From IMG/VR virus record IMGVR_UViG_3300027690_000096: a stretch of DNA of 64,000 nt. One strand, 5' to 3'. Made by a program: the position numbers and the translations under genes. The stretch is from a virus. This document shows positions 19,343-29,030 of this stretch, one piece after another (within the stretch, counting starts at the first letter, position 1; every line of letters begins with the position of its first letter). The notes below the pieces were generated by a model that was given only the letters and a program-made list of their open reading frames with translations, ran no database searches and was not told the origin of the DNA.

Positions 19343-19747
19343 AACAGATATCTGGATATAAAAAGGTTGATAACAAATGGATATAAAAAAATGGATAAAG
19401 CGGAAATACCCAAAATACCACAAATTAATAACTATCATTTTTGACTATGATAAAATATCAGTTTATATCAAAAATAATAAATATCAATTTGCAGTTTTAA
19501 TTAAGGATATTGGTATATACAAGAAAGGCACTTTGTTTTTAGTTAAAAGGTCAGGACACTTTGAAGAAGAAAACGCATGGGATGGAACATATGACATTTA
19601 TGGATTATTTTATTGTGGACAAAAAGTGACTGCCTCTGGATATCATCACATTTCAATTTTTAGTGAAGATTATTACATGATTTTAGACGAATAACTATGC
19701 AGATAATAAAGGATGTGCATGAGCTATGAAACAGATATCCGAATATA
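19314..19747 (+). repeat. 47-bp direct repeat (19314-19360 and 19701-19747, 44/47 identical) flanking one gene
   Basis: AGATAATAAAGGATGTGCATGAG(T/C)TATGAAACAGATATC(T/C)G(G/A)ATATA read directly in both places. Confidence 0.92.
19377..19694 (+). CDS. AT-rich hypothetical protein inside the direct repeat
   Basis: ORF track. Confidence 0.6.
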   Translation: MDIKKWIKRKYPKYHKLITIIFDYDKISVYIKNNKYQFAVLIKDIGIYKKGTLFLVKRSGHFEEENAWDGTYDIYGLFYCGQKVTASGYHHISIFSEDYYMILDE

Positions 19748-19851
19748 GAGAGATTGAAATCTTCTGTCATGACTGCAAAGCCTTGTTATTCAAAGGAACA
19801 GAGCAAGAAGGCAGGAGACAGATTATCTATTGTGATGAATGCACCTCTTGA
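19726..19851 (+). CDS. 41-aa Zn-ribbon protein (not in ORF track)
   Basis: Hand translation MKQISEYREIEIFCHDCK...IIYCDECTS. Confidence 0.45.
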   Translation: MKQISEYREIEIFCHDCKALLFKGTEQEGRRQIIYCDECTS

Positions 19852-20267
19852 ATGTAACTCTTGAATGCACAGCAAATCATAGGCAGAGACACATCCTGCC
19901 TTATTTTCTCGATTATGTTGTAAGTTATTCTTCTCGAATCTGAAAATAAAATCTCAATAAGCATAATCTTATTATGTGTCTTATGTATCTCTTCCTGAAG
20001 ATTAATCGCTTTATGCCTTATTTCTTATATATGTTCTTGTTTTCAGTAGCCGATTGTTTCATATCATCTGTTTACAAGTTATCATCCTCATATTAATACC
20101 ATTTCTTACGCAACCATTCTTCTCATATATATCCCCATAATTTGTATCGTAGGCAGTCGGACAATACCTAAAGTTTTCCATTTGGCAAATGCCAGAGCAT
20201 AGCTCTTGAAAACTTTATGGATTGTCTCTCCTTCTAAGGCTCCTTAACAAATTTTGGAGGCGATATT

Positions 20268-20507
20268 ATGGAAAAATTGGAAAGCGTAAGAAAAGGTAAA
20301 ATCTGGATGAACATCTTTGAAACAGATGATAAGAAGTTAATCTTTAACTTCAACAAGACATATTATAAGAAAAGCGAATGGCATAAAGCAGAATTCTTCA
20401 CACAGGAAGAGACTGTTCACATAAGTATGCTCATTGAGATTTTCCACGAGTTCGAGAAGATCTACAACAACAATCAAGAAAGGCAGGACGGAGAACCTGC
20501 CTTTTGA
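20268..20507 (+). CDS. Small hypothetical protein, PC4/YdbC-like fold possible
   Basis: GGAGG RBS; KIWMNIFE...FNFNKTYYKKSEWHKAEFF. Confidence 0.55.
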   Translation: MEKLESVRKGKIWMNIFETDDKKLIFNFNKTYYKKSEWHKAEFFTQEETVHISMLIEIFHEFEKIYNNNQERQDGEPAF

Positions 20508-21187
20508 TTTTTTTTTCTATGCAAAAATCAAAATGCGAGGTGCAGGATATGGAAAGCGAGATGAAAGGAATCAAGACATACGGACAGATAGGAGAAGAAG
20601 TAGATAGCTGGATAGCTGAAGAAGAATTGCCAACAAGAGCAAGGCTCACGATTGAGAGAAGACAAAAACAAGAATATTTAGGAATATGGGACAACATAAA
20701 CAATGAATGGTTAGTTGAGCCGATGGATGAAGACGAGATTGAAGCATACAAGGAGTTCAGGAGATGGTTCGTCAACAAAGAGCTTGACCTGATAAAGATT
20801 ATACCAGTGAAAGACAATGATGAATTCTACATACCATTCGAGAACGATGATTCGATATCATTCGCATTCAGTTCAATGGATTTCAGGAGACTTGTTCCAG
20901 AGTTCAACAAGTATCAATACAAGCTCAGGAAGATATACGAGAGAGTCAAGGATTTGGCAGACACGCACTCAGCGATAAGCGACAGCGAAGGAAAAGAGAA
21001 TACAAGACAGAAATACATAGGATTGGTCGAGAGGGAGTTCAGAGACAATGCAAAAGAGCTTTTGGAGTCATACAAGAAATACCCACATCTTGTAAACAAA
21101 GAGAAGCTATTTCAGAGGATACAGGAGAACAACAACAGGATATTGAAATGCAAAGGTATCTGGGACAGATACGCATACCTCAAGTGA
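20504..21187 (+). CDS. Hypothetical protein
   Basis: ORF track. Confidence 0.65.
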   Translation: MIFFSMQKSKCEVQDMESEMKGIKTYGQIGEEVDSWIAEEELPTRARLTIERRQKQEYLGIWDNINNEWLVEPMDEDEIEAYKEFRRWFVNKELDLIKIIPVKDNDEFYIPFENDDSISFAFSSMDFRRLVPEFNKYQYKLRKIYERVKDLADTHSAISDSEGKENTRQKYIGLVEREFRDNAKELLESYKKYPHLVNKEKLFQRIQENNNRILKCKGIWDRYAYLK

Positions 21188-21715
21188 GGTATGAACGAAA
21201 GCAAAGATAAACAAAAGATTGAGAGAGGATGATAAATATTAAGAAATGATTGAGGTCATCTGGAAGATGTAAAGGTTGGACTTCCCATGTGACCTCATGA
21301 ATGGATTGAGTGATAAATAGGAGTATAAAAACATATATGTGATTGAGGCTATAATACGGAGATAAGCCAATCGTTACCCTTCGGGTAAGGGGTCTGTGAA
21401 AATCAGACACCAGAAAAAAAGATGACAAATTGAAAGAAATACAAAAAGAGTCAGGAATAAAATGGGAATAAAAATTGAAAAAAACAGGAAAAACTAAGAA
21501 AACGGAAAAAGTGAGGAAAAGTGAAGATATTGAAGGAAAACTAAAGGATTATTAAGAAGAGGATATAGTCGGCTAATGATAGCAGAACAGGGAATCAGAC
21601 TGGAGTAGGCTAATTAAGACTGAGGATAAAAGAGGGATAATAGGTGGGATAATATGATGCAAATATTCCAAAAACTTTAAAAATAAACCTTAATTACTAC
21701 TTGTTAGTGGTTTAA

Positions 21716-22399
21716 ATGGTTAAAGGGCATATATTTAAAAACGATTATGACTTTCCCAGATATAATTATAATAGCATTGAAGAAGAGTATCTTTATAATA
21801 GTTATAGAACAAGTTATTTCTCAGAATCAGATGGAGTAAAATTAAGAGTTCTACCAAGCGTTTTGAAATACGTCAGGCAATATGACCCTAAAAGGCATTC
21901 GCCATATACTATGTCACGAGAGGTTGTTGATGAGTTCATGAAACATTCAAAAGAAGAGGGAAAACAAGCGAATCTTGAGGATTTGTCGCAGATTGACATA
22001 GAACAGTCAGCAGATAAGATAAACCTTGTTTTAGGCGAAATAAAAGGCAGAAGCCATATCATGGAAAATAACTTATCATTGCTATATGAGGATTTGTTCA
22101 GAGTGTATAACTGGAGGCATTGCAGACCATATCCTTCTAACATTGTGGCTGATAAGACATGGCTTGAGCTTAACAAGATTGAGCTTGACATAAGAGATAA
22201 AATAAGAAGAGAGGTCAAGGATTCAGCAAGAGATTTATCATTCCAGCAAAAGGATATCAGGGAATCATTGCTTGAGCATAAGATGAGAACTAAGGAAAGC
22301 CAGGCTTTCGATTATGATTGTGAACAAGACGTTTCAGGAGGTCTTGAGGAAGAAGTGAACAAAGAAGAAAATAATAGGAATTATGAAAAACAGGAGTGA
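21716..22399 (+). CDS. Hypothetical coiled-coil protein upstream of the ATPase
   Basis: ORF track; operon-like with 22429. Confidence 0.7.
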   Translation: MVKGHIFKNDYDFPRYNYNSIEEEYLYNSYRTSYFSESDGVKLRVLPSVLKYVRQYDPKRHSPYTMSREVVDEFMKHSKEEGKQANLEDLSQIDIEQSADKINLVLGEIKGRSHIMENNLSLLYEDLFRVYNWRHCRPYPSNIVADKTWLELNKIELDIRDKIRREVKDSARDLSFQQKDIRESLLEHKMRTKESQAFDYDCEQDVSGGLEEEVNKEENNRNYEKQE

Positions 22400-22428
22400 A
22401 TCTTGAATAGATTAAACCAGAATATCAG

Positions 22429-24489
22429 ATGTTATCCATTGATGAAAAGCTTAGGATATTGCAACCCATACTCGGGACAGAGAAAGTCTTAGGGTTTCGT
22501 AGGTATTATTACATCAAGAATGATTTCAGGGACAAAAAGAGGATTGAGAATCATATTGACCTTCTGATTAGCAGGTATGCAAAGAAAGGCATTGAAGAAG
22601 AGATTATACTGCCACCGCCTGATCCAGAGAGATGCAAAGGCGATATTGCAATAGGTAGAGTCGAATACCTCGGAGTCAAGAAAAGTAATTTTGAGCTTAA
22701 ACTAAAAGACATAAACAGGCATGTAGGCATATTCGGTTCAACAGGCTCAGGTAAAACAACATTTGCGAGAAACGTAATCCGAAAGCTTCACAGAAGGAAA
22801 ATACCTTTCATAGTATTTGATTGGGAAAAATCATATCGAAGTCTTGTGAGAGACATGCCAGATGTCAGGGTGTTCACAGTCGGGACAGACATAAACCCTC
22901 TATTCATCAATTTCTTAACAGTCCCGCCCGGAATACAGTATGACGAATATATCAAGTCAGTCATAGCAGTCATATCAGAAGATTATATAGGCGGAATCGG
23001 AGCAGATACAATGCTTCTCACATACATGGAGAAAGCATACGATGAAACCAAAAATCCATTCTTTGCAGACTTAAAAGAGATAATAGTCAGAGAAATAACC
23101 AAAGACATGAAAGGCAAAGGCAGGCTTGCAGGCAGATCAGGGCTATGGAAAGAATCCGTATCAAGGCAAATCACGTTCATGTCGAAAGGTTCAGCAGGAA
23201 ACATAATCAACACAAGAAACCATTATCCGCTTGAAGAATTATTCCAAAGACCAGTAGTGCTTGAGTTCGGTGGAATCAAGAGTCCGCATGACAGGAAATT
23301 CTTCATCCACATAATCCTGAACTGGTTATCCATATACAACCAATACATGGGAATACAATCAGAGAATCTTAGGCAGGCTATCATATTTGAAGAGTTTCAT
23401 AACATCGCAATACAGAGCAAAGATGATAATATGGTATCAAACCTTTTCAGGGAAAGCCGAAAATACGGTATTGGGTTGTTTGCTCTTGACCAGACGCCTT
23501 CAGAGATTCCTAACTCAATCTTTGCCAACATGAACGTCAAGGTCAGCTTCTCGCTTAACACAAGCAGGGATATATCTGCAATGTCAAAAGCGATGAACCT
23601 TGACATGATGAAAGCCAGATATTTAGGTATGCTTGACACGGGGAAAGCAATCGTAAACATCAAACAGAGGTATAATGATTCGTTCCTTATACAAGCTGAA
23701 TATATCAAGATTGAGGAGAATATGGCAGATGAAGAGCTAAAAGAGTTCATGAAGCCATTCACAAACGAACACACGCAAAATAACACTCTGAATCCTAATC
23801 AGGGCAAATCAAGCAGTTCACAGATAACTGATACTATCACCCCAACTGAAAAACTCGTTATGTCAAATGTCATTGAGCATCCGCTGTTAGGCATTGATAA
23901 ACGAACAAAACTATTAGGTCTTCACTCGTCGGAAATGTCACAGATTCATAAAAGCATGGAAGAGAAAGGCATTATAAGGACTGCAACGATTGACAGAAAG
24001 AAATTGATTGAATTGACAGATAAAGGCAAGGAGATTGCCATAGATGAAGGATTTCAGATTGACCGAAGGAATAGCAGAGGAGGTATTGAACACTTTTACT
24101 GGACTGAACAAGTTTGCCAGTATCTCGGTAAACTTGAATTTCAGCCTGCTAAGGAAATGTTTAACATCGACATAACGGATGTAAGACAAGGATTGGCGAT
24201 TGAGATTGAGACAGGCAAAAGCGATATCAAGAAAAATGTTCTCAAGCTGATGTCTTCAAGGCTCACGAATTGTTATATGCTATCAACAACAAAAATATTT
24301 GAGGTTAAACTCAAAGATATTGTAGATGATACGCTAAGAGATATGCAAACAAAAAAGCCAGAAAAAGAAATAAAAGCCATGTTCATAGGAGATTTTTTGA
24401 AGCTTGCAAAAGACAAAATCATAAGCCAAAACAAACAAGACCTGCCTCAAATCCATACCATCGAAATCCCTCCAAATCAATCGCTTTAG
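22429..24489 (+). CDS. HerA/VirB4/TraG-like (DUF87) P-loop ATPase with C-terminal wHTH and possible nuclease-like domain
   Basis: Walker A GSTGSGKT, Walker B IIFEEFH, RESRKYGIG..ALDQTPS; C-terminal AIEIETGK. Confidence 0.88.
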   Translation: MLSIDEKLRILQPILGTEKVLGFRRYYYIKNDFRDKKRIENHIDLLISRYAKKGIEEEIILPPPDPERCKGDIAIGRVEYLGVKKSNFELKLKDINRHVGIFGSTGSGKTTFARNVIRKLHRRKIPFIVFDWEKSYRSLVRDMPDVRVFTVGTDINPLFINFLTVPPGIQYDEYIKSVIAVISEDYIGGIGADTMLLTYMEKAYDETKNPFFADLKEIIVREITKDMKGKGRLAGRSGLWKESVSRQITFMSKGSAGNIINTRNHYPLEELFQRPVVLEFGGIKSPHDRKFFIHIILNWLSIYNQYMGIQSENLRQAIIFEEFHNIAIQSKDDNMVSNLFRESRKYGIGLFALDQTPSEIPNSIFANMNVKVSFSLNTSRDISAMSKAMNLDMMKARYLGMLDTGKAIVNIKQRYNDSFLIQAEYIKIEENMADEELKEFMKPFTNEHTQNNTLNPNQGKSSSSQITDTITPTEKLVMSNVIEHPLLGIDKRTKLLGLHSSEMSQIHKSMEEKGIIRTATIDRKKLIELTDKGKEIAIDEGFQIDRRNSRGGIEHFYWTEQVCQYLGKLEFQPAKEMFNIDITDVRQGLAIEIETGKSDIKKNVLKLMSSRLTNCYMLSTTKIFEVKLKDIVDDTLRDMQTKKPEKEIKAMFIGDFLKLAKDKIISQNKQDLPQIHTIEIPPNQSL

Positions 24490-24693
24490 CAAAACTTAAA
24501 TATCCAAAAACACAAAATATTTATTTCAGAAAAAAAATCCATCCAAAATTACATCCAAAAAAATCACACTCACAAACCAAAATGTGAATCAGGATTGATG
24601 ATAACAACCGAAGCGTAAGTATCATCCTTTCACATAATATCATGCAAAGCAGACGACCTCAGCAGTGAAAGTTGCTTTGCTTGATTTCAGTAT

Positions 24694-24721
24694 AAGCCTT
24701 CTCGTCGGAGAGGGCTTTTTT
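24694..24721 (+). terminator. Hairpin plus T-tract preceding an AAGGAGG RBS
   Basis: AAGCCTTCTC-GTCG-GAGAGGGCTT then TTTT. Confidence 0.7.
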
Positions 24722-24766
24722 GTTAGCTTAAGCTGTCTAATTCTAAGAAAGGAGGTTTATAGGATT

Positions 24767-25141
24767 ATGGCGATTGATTTCTTTGATAATGAGGCAATTA
24801 AACTTCAAAACAGATTCAATGAAACATTTGGGGATTTGCAGGCTTTCAACATTTCAGCAAGGTTCAGTTTTATTTTAGCTATTGTTCATATTGGCATGTT
24901 GGCAAAGGAACTCAACCAGCAAAACAAGAAAAAAGACATATTGAAAATTAAAGAGTTCATGCGGATCAAGGAGATTCTAAACAAGGCATTTGACAATGCT
25001 TTTGACCAGGCTTGTGACAAGGCTGTTAAAGGTTCATCTGATAGTGCCCAAAAAGGAAAGGAGAATAAAAGTCATGGCAGATATCTCACAGACTCAAGAG
25101 ACTTCGAAGTGCGAAAACTGCGGAAATGTTTACAGGGTTGA
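24767..25141 (+). CDS. Hypothetical protein (start MAIDFF, chosen over the track start 24665)
   Basis: AAGGAGG RBS at about 24748-24755. Confidence 0.5.
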   Translation: MAIDFFDNEAIKLQNRFNETFGDLQAFNISARFSFILAIVHIGMLAKELNQQNKKKDILKIKEFMRIKEILNKAFDNAFDQACDKAVKGSSDSAQKGKENKSHGRYLTDSRDFEVRKLRKCLQG

Positions 25142-25289
25142 ACTTGTTGTTGAAAGCGAAGACTGGAACGATTTCGGTTTCAGTTATTGTCCATTCTGCG
25201 GTCATGAAACAGATGACATTGCAGAATATCATCAGAGGATTCAAAAGAGACAAAAAGAAAGGAGAGTATGCAATGCAGACAAGGATTGA
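24990..25289 (+). CDS. Zn-ribbon protein (likely start near 25071, MADISQ)
   Basis: CENCG...CPFCG. Confidence 0.6.
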   Translation: MTMLLTRLVTRLLKVHLIVPKKERRIKVMADISQTQETSKCENCGNVYRVELVVESEDWNDFGFSYCPFCGHETDDIAEYHQRIQKRQKERRVCNADKD

Positions 25290-25444
25290 GATTAAGGCGT
25301 GTCCCAGATGCAGGATGTCAGCGCATCTCATAGGAAGCAGGTATTATTGCCTTTGCGGATGGAGTGAGAAGAAAATATCTCTCAACTTCAGCATAACGAA
25401 ATCTGATGAGCCTTGCTTGGCAGAGGCTCATAGTTTAGGAGCTT

Positions 25445-25930
25445 TTGGAGGAAAAAAATATGTGGAATGAACCAAGCAAAGAAAGATTAGATAAAGTGCC
25501 AAAGCTGTATGCAACAGAAGGAATACCTGTCCAGGACAAAGAGATACACCTGCATTTTTTCATAGGCGGAACAGATTATTATATATCCGAGTTTGACGGA
25601 GAGGATATCATGTTTGGGTTTTGCATCCTAAACAATGATTTAGAGATGGCTGAATGGGGATATATATCCTTAGCAGAACTCAGAGAAATAAAGGTCAAAG
25701 GGTGGCTTGAGGTTGATTGCGAACTTGAAGAGTATTGGACAGTGAAGACAGCGAAAGAAGTAAAACAGATTGCTGATGCCTGCGGATGGGTTACTGAAAC
25801 CCAGAAAGGAGATGAAGATGATTATGCAGACCAATCTTTCAATAAACATTATGGATTTAGTGGAGAAGACATTTCGGGAAGGAATACTGGAAATGGACTG
25901 TCCTGTTTGCGGAGCAATCATCATAACTGA
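25445..25930 (+). CDS. DUF2958-family protein
   Basis: PKLYATE...IHLHFFIGGTDYYISEFD...FGF.......EWGYISLAEL. Confidence 0.82.
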   Translation: MEEKNMWNEPSKERLDKVPKLYATEGIPVQDKEIHLHFFIGGTDYYISEFDGEDIMFGFCILNNDLEMAEWGYISLAELREIKVKGWLEVDCELEEYWTVKTAKEVKQIADACGWVTETQKGDEDDYADQSFNKHYGFSGEDISGRNTGNGLSCLRSNHHN

Positions 25931-26012
25931 ACCCGATGCAGAAGAGCTGTATTGCGAGGAATGCGAAAAAGTGACAGGAAAAAACCCATTAACAGAGTTA
26001 GGCTGGATATAG
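25770..26012 (+). CDS. Small Zn-ribbon protein
   Basis: CPVCG...EPDA...YCEEC. Confidence 0.55.
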   Translation: MLMPADGLLKPRKEMKMIMQTNLSINIMDLVEKTFREGILEMDCPVCGAIIITEPDAEELYCEECEKVTGKNPLTELGWI

Positions 26013-26045
26013 GCTAAAACCACAGCAAAGACAGATTTTAATTCT

Positions 26046-26077
26046 AAAGCCCTCTTGAATTTCAGGAGGGCTTTTTT
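26046..26077 (+). terminator. Hairpin plus T-tract preceding an AAGGAGG RBS
   Basis: AAAGCCCTCTTGA-ATT-TCAGGAGGGCTTT then TTT. Confidence 0.75.
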
Positions 26078-26139
26078 GTTTTTAAACCAAATTTTTCAAA
26101 CTGAATCTTGCAAACTTAAGCTTTAAAAGGAGGAATATC

Positions 26140-26493
26140 ATGCGAAGAGTCAGCTACAAGCTAAAGAAGGAATCGTGGGATGACATGATTGAAGCAGGAA
26201 GACTTAATCCGTCGCTGGAGATAATCTTCAGGGACAAGAAAGGGTCTCATAAGCACAAGATAGGCTCGGGTTACAGTGATGATATTTACGCATACAGAGA
26301 AGCTGAAGAGACATTTATCTTATCGCTAAACGAGGGTTTGGGTTACATCAGCCTTGAATGTTTCAAAGGCGATGAACAGACAGGCGACATTTTCATAGAA
26401 AGTCATGAGGTTGAGAATGCAGTCGGTAAATGCGGGCTAGACCTGGCGCCGCACACAATAATCCGAAGACTCATGTTTGGTGTCGCTGTTTGA
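26140..26493 (+). CDS. Hypothetical protein
   Basis: AAAAGGAGG RBS; ORF track. Confidence 0.65.
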   Translation: MRRVSYKLKKESWDDMIEAGRLNPSLEIIFRDKKGSHKHKIGSGYSDDIYAYREAEETFILSLNEGLGYISLECFKGDEQTGDIFIESHEVENAVGKCGLDLAPHTIIRRLMFGVAV

Positions 26494-26515
26494 AGTGAAA
26501 CATACTTAAAAGGAG

Positions 26516-27055
26516 GTGGCAGTCATGCAAACAATGAAACAGATGTCTTTCATCGACAGTTATGAGAAACAGTTCTGGAAGGATTTGCGGTCTGGCAAAT
26601 TCGCAAAGATGGTCAGAGAAGAATCAAGAGGGCAATACCTAAGAAGTTCAACAGAAGCTTTCAATATCCTGAAACCGATTTATGCGGATGCCATCGACAT
26701 AGAGAGGATGTATTGCATATTCATGGACACAAAGAACAATATCATTTCGATTGACAAAGTATCTCAAGGCTCATTGACTTCATCAGCAGTATATCCAAGA
26801 GAACTTATCAAACTGGCTCTCAAATACATGGCTGGCTCGATTGTAATCAGCCATAACCATCCATCAGGAGATCCGCAACCTTCACAAGAAGATAAGGAAA
26901 TCACTCTCAGGCTGGCGTTTGCTTTCAAGTCAATAGATATCAATCTGTTAGACCACATCATTGTTGGCAATACATATTACAGCTTTGCCGATAACGGTAT
27001 CATGGAAACGATAAACAGCAAATTCAGGCAGGAAACAACATTCAAATCCATATAG
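26516..27055 (+). CDS. radC: RadC-like JAB/MPN-domain protein
   Basis: E.....MDTKN.II......GSL....VYPRE......HNHPSGDPQPSQED..IT......LLDHIIVG. Confidence 0.93.
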   Translation: MAVMQTMKQMSFIDSYEKQFWKDLRSGKFAKMVREESRGQYLRSSTEAFNILKPIYADAIDIERMYCIFMDTKNNIISIDKVSQGSLTSSAVYPRELIKLALKYMAGSIVISHNHPSGDPQPSQEDKEITLRLAFAFKSIDINLLDHIIVGNTYYSFADNGIMETINSKFRQETTFKSI

Positions 27056-27067
27056 GAGGATTATCGC

Positions 27068-27280
27068 ATGGCATACACACCCGAACTCAGTCAGGAGTAT
27101 AGCAGGGTTCTTCGAAGGATTGCATGGGCTTTAAGCCTTCCGATGACGACTGCATTAGAAGAGGTAATATTTCAGTATTCGAGGGACACTGAAAAAGAGT
27201 TGGTTTGCGATAAATGCAAAGACAAATCGTTCTGTCAATCTTGCGTATTCAGCAGGATAGAGAAAGGAGCAGTCCAATGA
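27068..27280 (+). CDS. Small hypothetical protein (RHH-like with Cys tail)
   Basis: GGAGG RBS; YTPELS......LRRIAWALSLPMT..LE; CDKC. Confidence 0.6.
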   Translation: MAYTPELSQEYSRVLRRIAWALSLPMTTALEEVIFQYSRDTEKELVCDKCKDKSFCQSCVFSRIEKGAVQ

Positions 27281-27660
27281 GTGAGAAACTTGCAGATAAC
27301 AGATACCTTGAGAAGAGATGTCAACAGCAGTTTATTGAGCTTAAACTAAAAAACCCTGAAAAGATGCAGGAATATATCAAGAGCTTGTTTGAAAAATACA
27401 ACACGCAAGGCGAGGTCTTGATTGACATCTATAAGATGGTCTTGCCTGACTGGGACATGATTGAGTCAATTTACGCTCATCCAACAATCGGCAAAAGGTT
27501 TTGGCGATGGATTTGCCAGTTATTCATCGAATTTGACAGAAAGCATCATCCAGAAATATTTGCAGGTGGGATTTGGTTCAACCAAGGATTCTCATCAGAC
27601 GGAAAGCTTTCAGACTGGGAGATAAGCTTTGAAAAATGCAGGATAACAATAGCTGAGTGA
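27214..27660 (+). CDS. Hypothetical protein (likely start near 27277, MSEKL)
   Basis: ORF track; AAGGAG RBS. Confidence 0.6.
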   Translation: MQRQIVLSILRIQQDRERSSPMSEKLADNRYLEKRCQQQFIELKLKNPEKMQEYIKSLFEKYNTQGEVLIDIYKMVLPDWDMIESIYAHPTIGKRFWRWICQLFIEFDRKHHPEIFAGGIWFNQGFSSDGKLSDWEISFEKCRITIAE

Positions 27661-27709
27661 CAATGGCTGAATAACATCTAACTAACACTCGACATCCGAA
27701 ACCGCAAAC

Positions 27710-27750
27710 AACCCTTCTGGAATCAATCTGAATCCAGAGGGGTTTTTTTA
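27710..27750 (+). terminator. Hairpin plus T-tract preceding an AAGGAGG RBS
   Basis: AACCCTTCTGGA-N11-TCCAGAGGGGTT then T-run. Confidence 0.7.
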
Positions 27751-27789
27751 TGCAAATTCTACAAGGTTTTAGCCTGAAAGGAGGCAGAT

Positions 27790-28257
27790 ATGACTTTTGT
27801 GGGTATTGTGGGAGCAAGGAAATATAAATGCAAAAATTCGGTTAAAAACCTCATTGTTTCGCTGCCAGAAGATTCAGTGATTGTAACAAGCAATTGCTCA
27901 GGGGTCTGCTCATGGTCACAAGGATTTGCCAGGGAAAGAGGTCTTGAGGTTCTTGTATATGCCCCAGACCTTGAAAACATCCGTTCAAAGTTCGATGTGG
28001 CTGATAGGTATTACATCAGAAACAAAGAGCTTGTTGAGAAGTGCGACCTGTTGCACGCATTCATCAGTAAAGCCGATGGTTACTCTGGGGGAACAAAGTT
28101 CGAAGTCGATTATGCAATCAAGATAGGTGTGCCAGTCAAGGCGCATCATGAAGAAGGCAAAAGCGAGATTTTCCAGCAGTTCAGGATTCCGTTCAAGAGC
28201 GAGGATAACCTTTTCTTCCAGAGATGGGAATCGTTCTTCACAGAAACATTTGCTTAG
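27790..28257 (+). CDS. SLOG-superfamily (DprA/SMF-like) protein
   Basis: VGIVGAR, IVTSNCSGVCSW, RNKELVEKCD.LHAF, GGT...VDYAIK.G.PV. Confidence 0.65.
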   Translation: MTFVGIVGARKYKCKNSVKNLIVSLPEDSVIVTSNCSGVCSWSQGFARERGLEVLVYAPDLENIRSKFDVADRYYIRNKELVEKCDLLHAFISKADGYSGGTKFEVDYAIKIGVPVKAHHEEGKSEIFQQFRIPFKSEDNLFFQRWESFFTETFA

Positions 28258-28940
28258 AACAGACAGCATATAACCTAAAGGAGGATGTCATGCAGACTAA
28301 ACATGTATTGAACGAGAGAGTCAATATAGAAGTCAAGGATAACGAGATTAATTCAGACTGGCATCTAAGCAGATTAGCCCATGAACTGTATTGGTGGTAT
28401 GATTTCATCAACATATTATTTTTCAAAGAAGAGCCTGTGCCTGTGCCAGTAATATCGTTTGAAAAGACCAGTGTAAAAACTCTAGGTCATTTTGTAATCG
28501 GAAAGAATGCGATAGGGCTATCAAATAACATCAACGTAAACAGGATATATCTTCACAGACCATTATGGGAAGTGATTGCTACTCTCACTCACGAGCTTTG
28601 CCATTCATGGCAACAAACATACGGAAAGCTTGAAAGCCGAAACTGGTATCATGGCAAAGAGTTCCAGCAGAAGATGCTTGAGATTGGCATTGTAACAAAC
28701 AACAAAGGACAGCACTTAGCAGTCTCGGACCCATTTGTTTACCTTCTTAGAAGGCACGGAGTCAATGTTTGCATTGAACCCAACATTGAAGGGATATTAG
28801 AGATTGACACAGAACCAAAGAAGAAAGGCAAATCCAAGCTTAAGAAATGGTCATGCGGCTGCACTAATATAAGGGTAGCAATTACCGATTTTAAAGCGAT
28901 ATGTTTGAAATGTGAGAACGAGTTCGAATTGGTCGAATGA
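28224..28940 (+). CDS. SprT-like zinc metalloprotease (likely start 28288, MQTKH)
   Basis: HELCH, HGKEF, C-terminal WSCGC.NIR...CLKC. Confidence 0.88.
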   Translation: MGIVLHRNICLEQTAYNLKEDVMQTKHVLNERVNIEVKDNEINSDWHLSRLAHELYWWYDFINILFFKEEPVPVPVISFEKTSVKTLGHFVIGKNAIGLSNNINVNRIYLHRPLWEVIATLTHELCHSWQQTYGKLESRNWYHGKEFQQKMLEIGIVTNNKGQHLAVSDPFVYLLRRHGVNVCIEPNIEGILEIDTEPKKKGKSKLKKWSCGCTNIRVAITDFKAICLKCENEFELVE

Positions 28941-28970
28941 AATTAAAACAAAAAATAAAATAAAAAACTG

Positions 28971-28995
28971 AGGAGGGGTTGATAAGACCCCTCCC
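28971..28995. terminator. Hairpin between convergent modules
   Basis: GGAGGGGT-N7-ACCCCTCC at the junction of the + ICE-like block and the - structural block. Confidence 0.6.
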
Positions 28996-29030
28996 AGAAA
29001 CCAAAGGATAGCCTTAAGCTATTAGCGTTA

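Noticed and set aside
19880-20240. Possible minus-strand gene or alternative genetic code in a pyrimidine-rich gap
   Set aside because: Hand translation gives stops in all three minus frames, and they include TAA, TAG and TGA. It may be a decayed gene, but I cannot assign it. Other genes end normally at all stop codons.
21190-21715. Long purine-rich intergenic stretch with a small TTACCC/GGGTAA hairpin
   Set aside because: It has only a 6-bp stem and A-rich low-complexity sequence, which is not distinguishable from chance.
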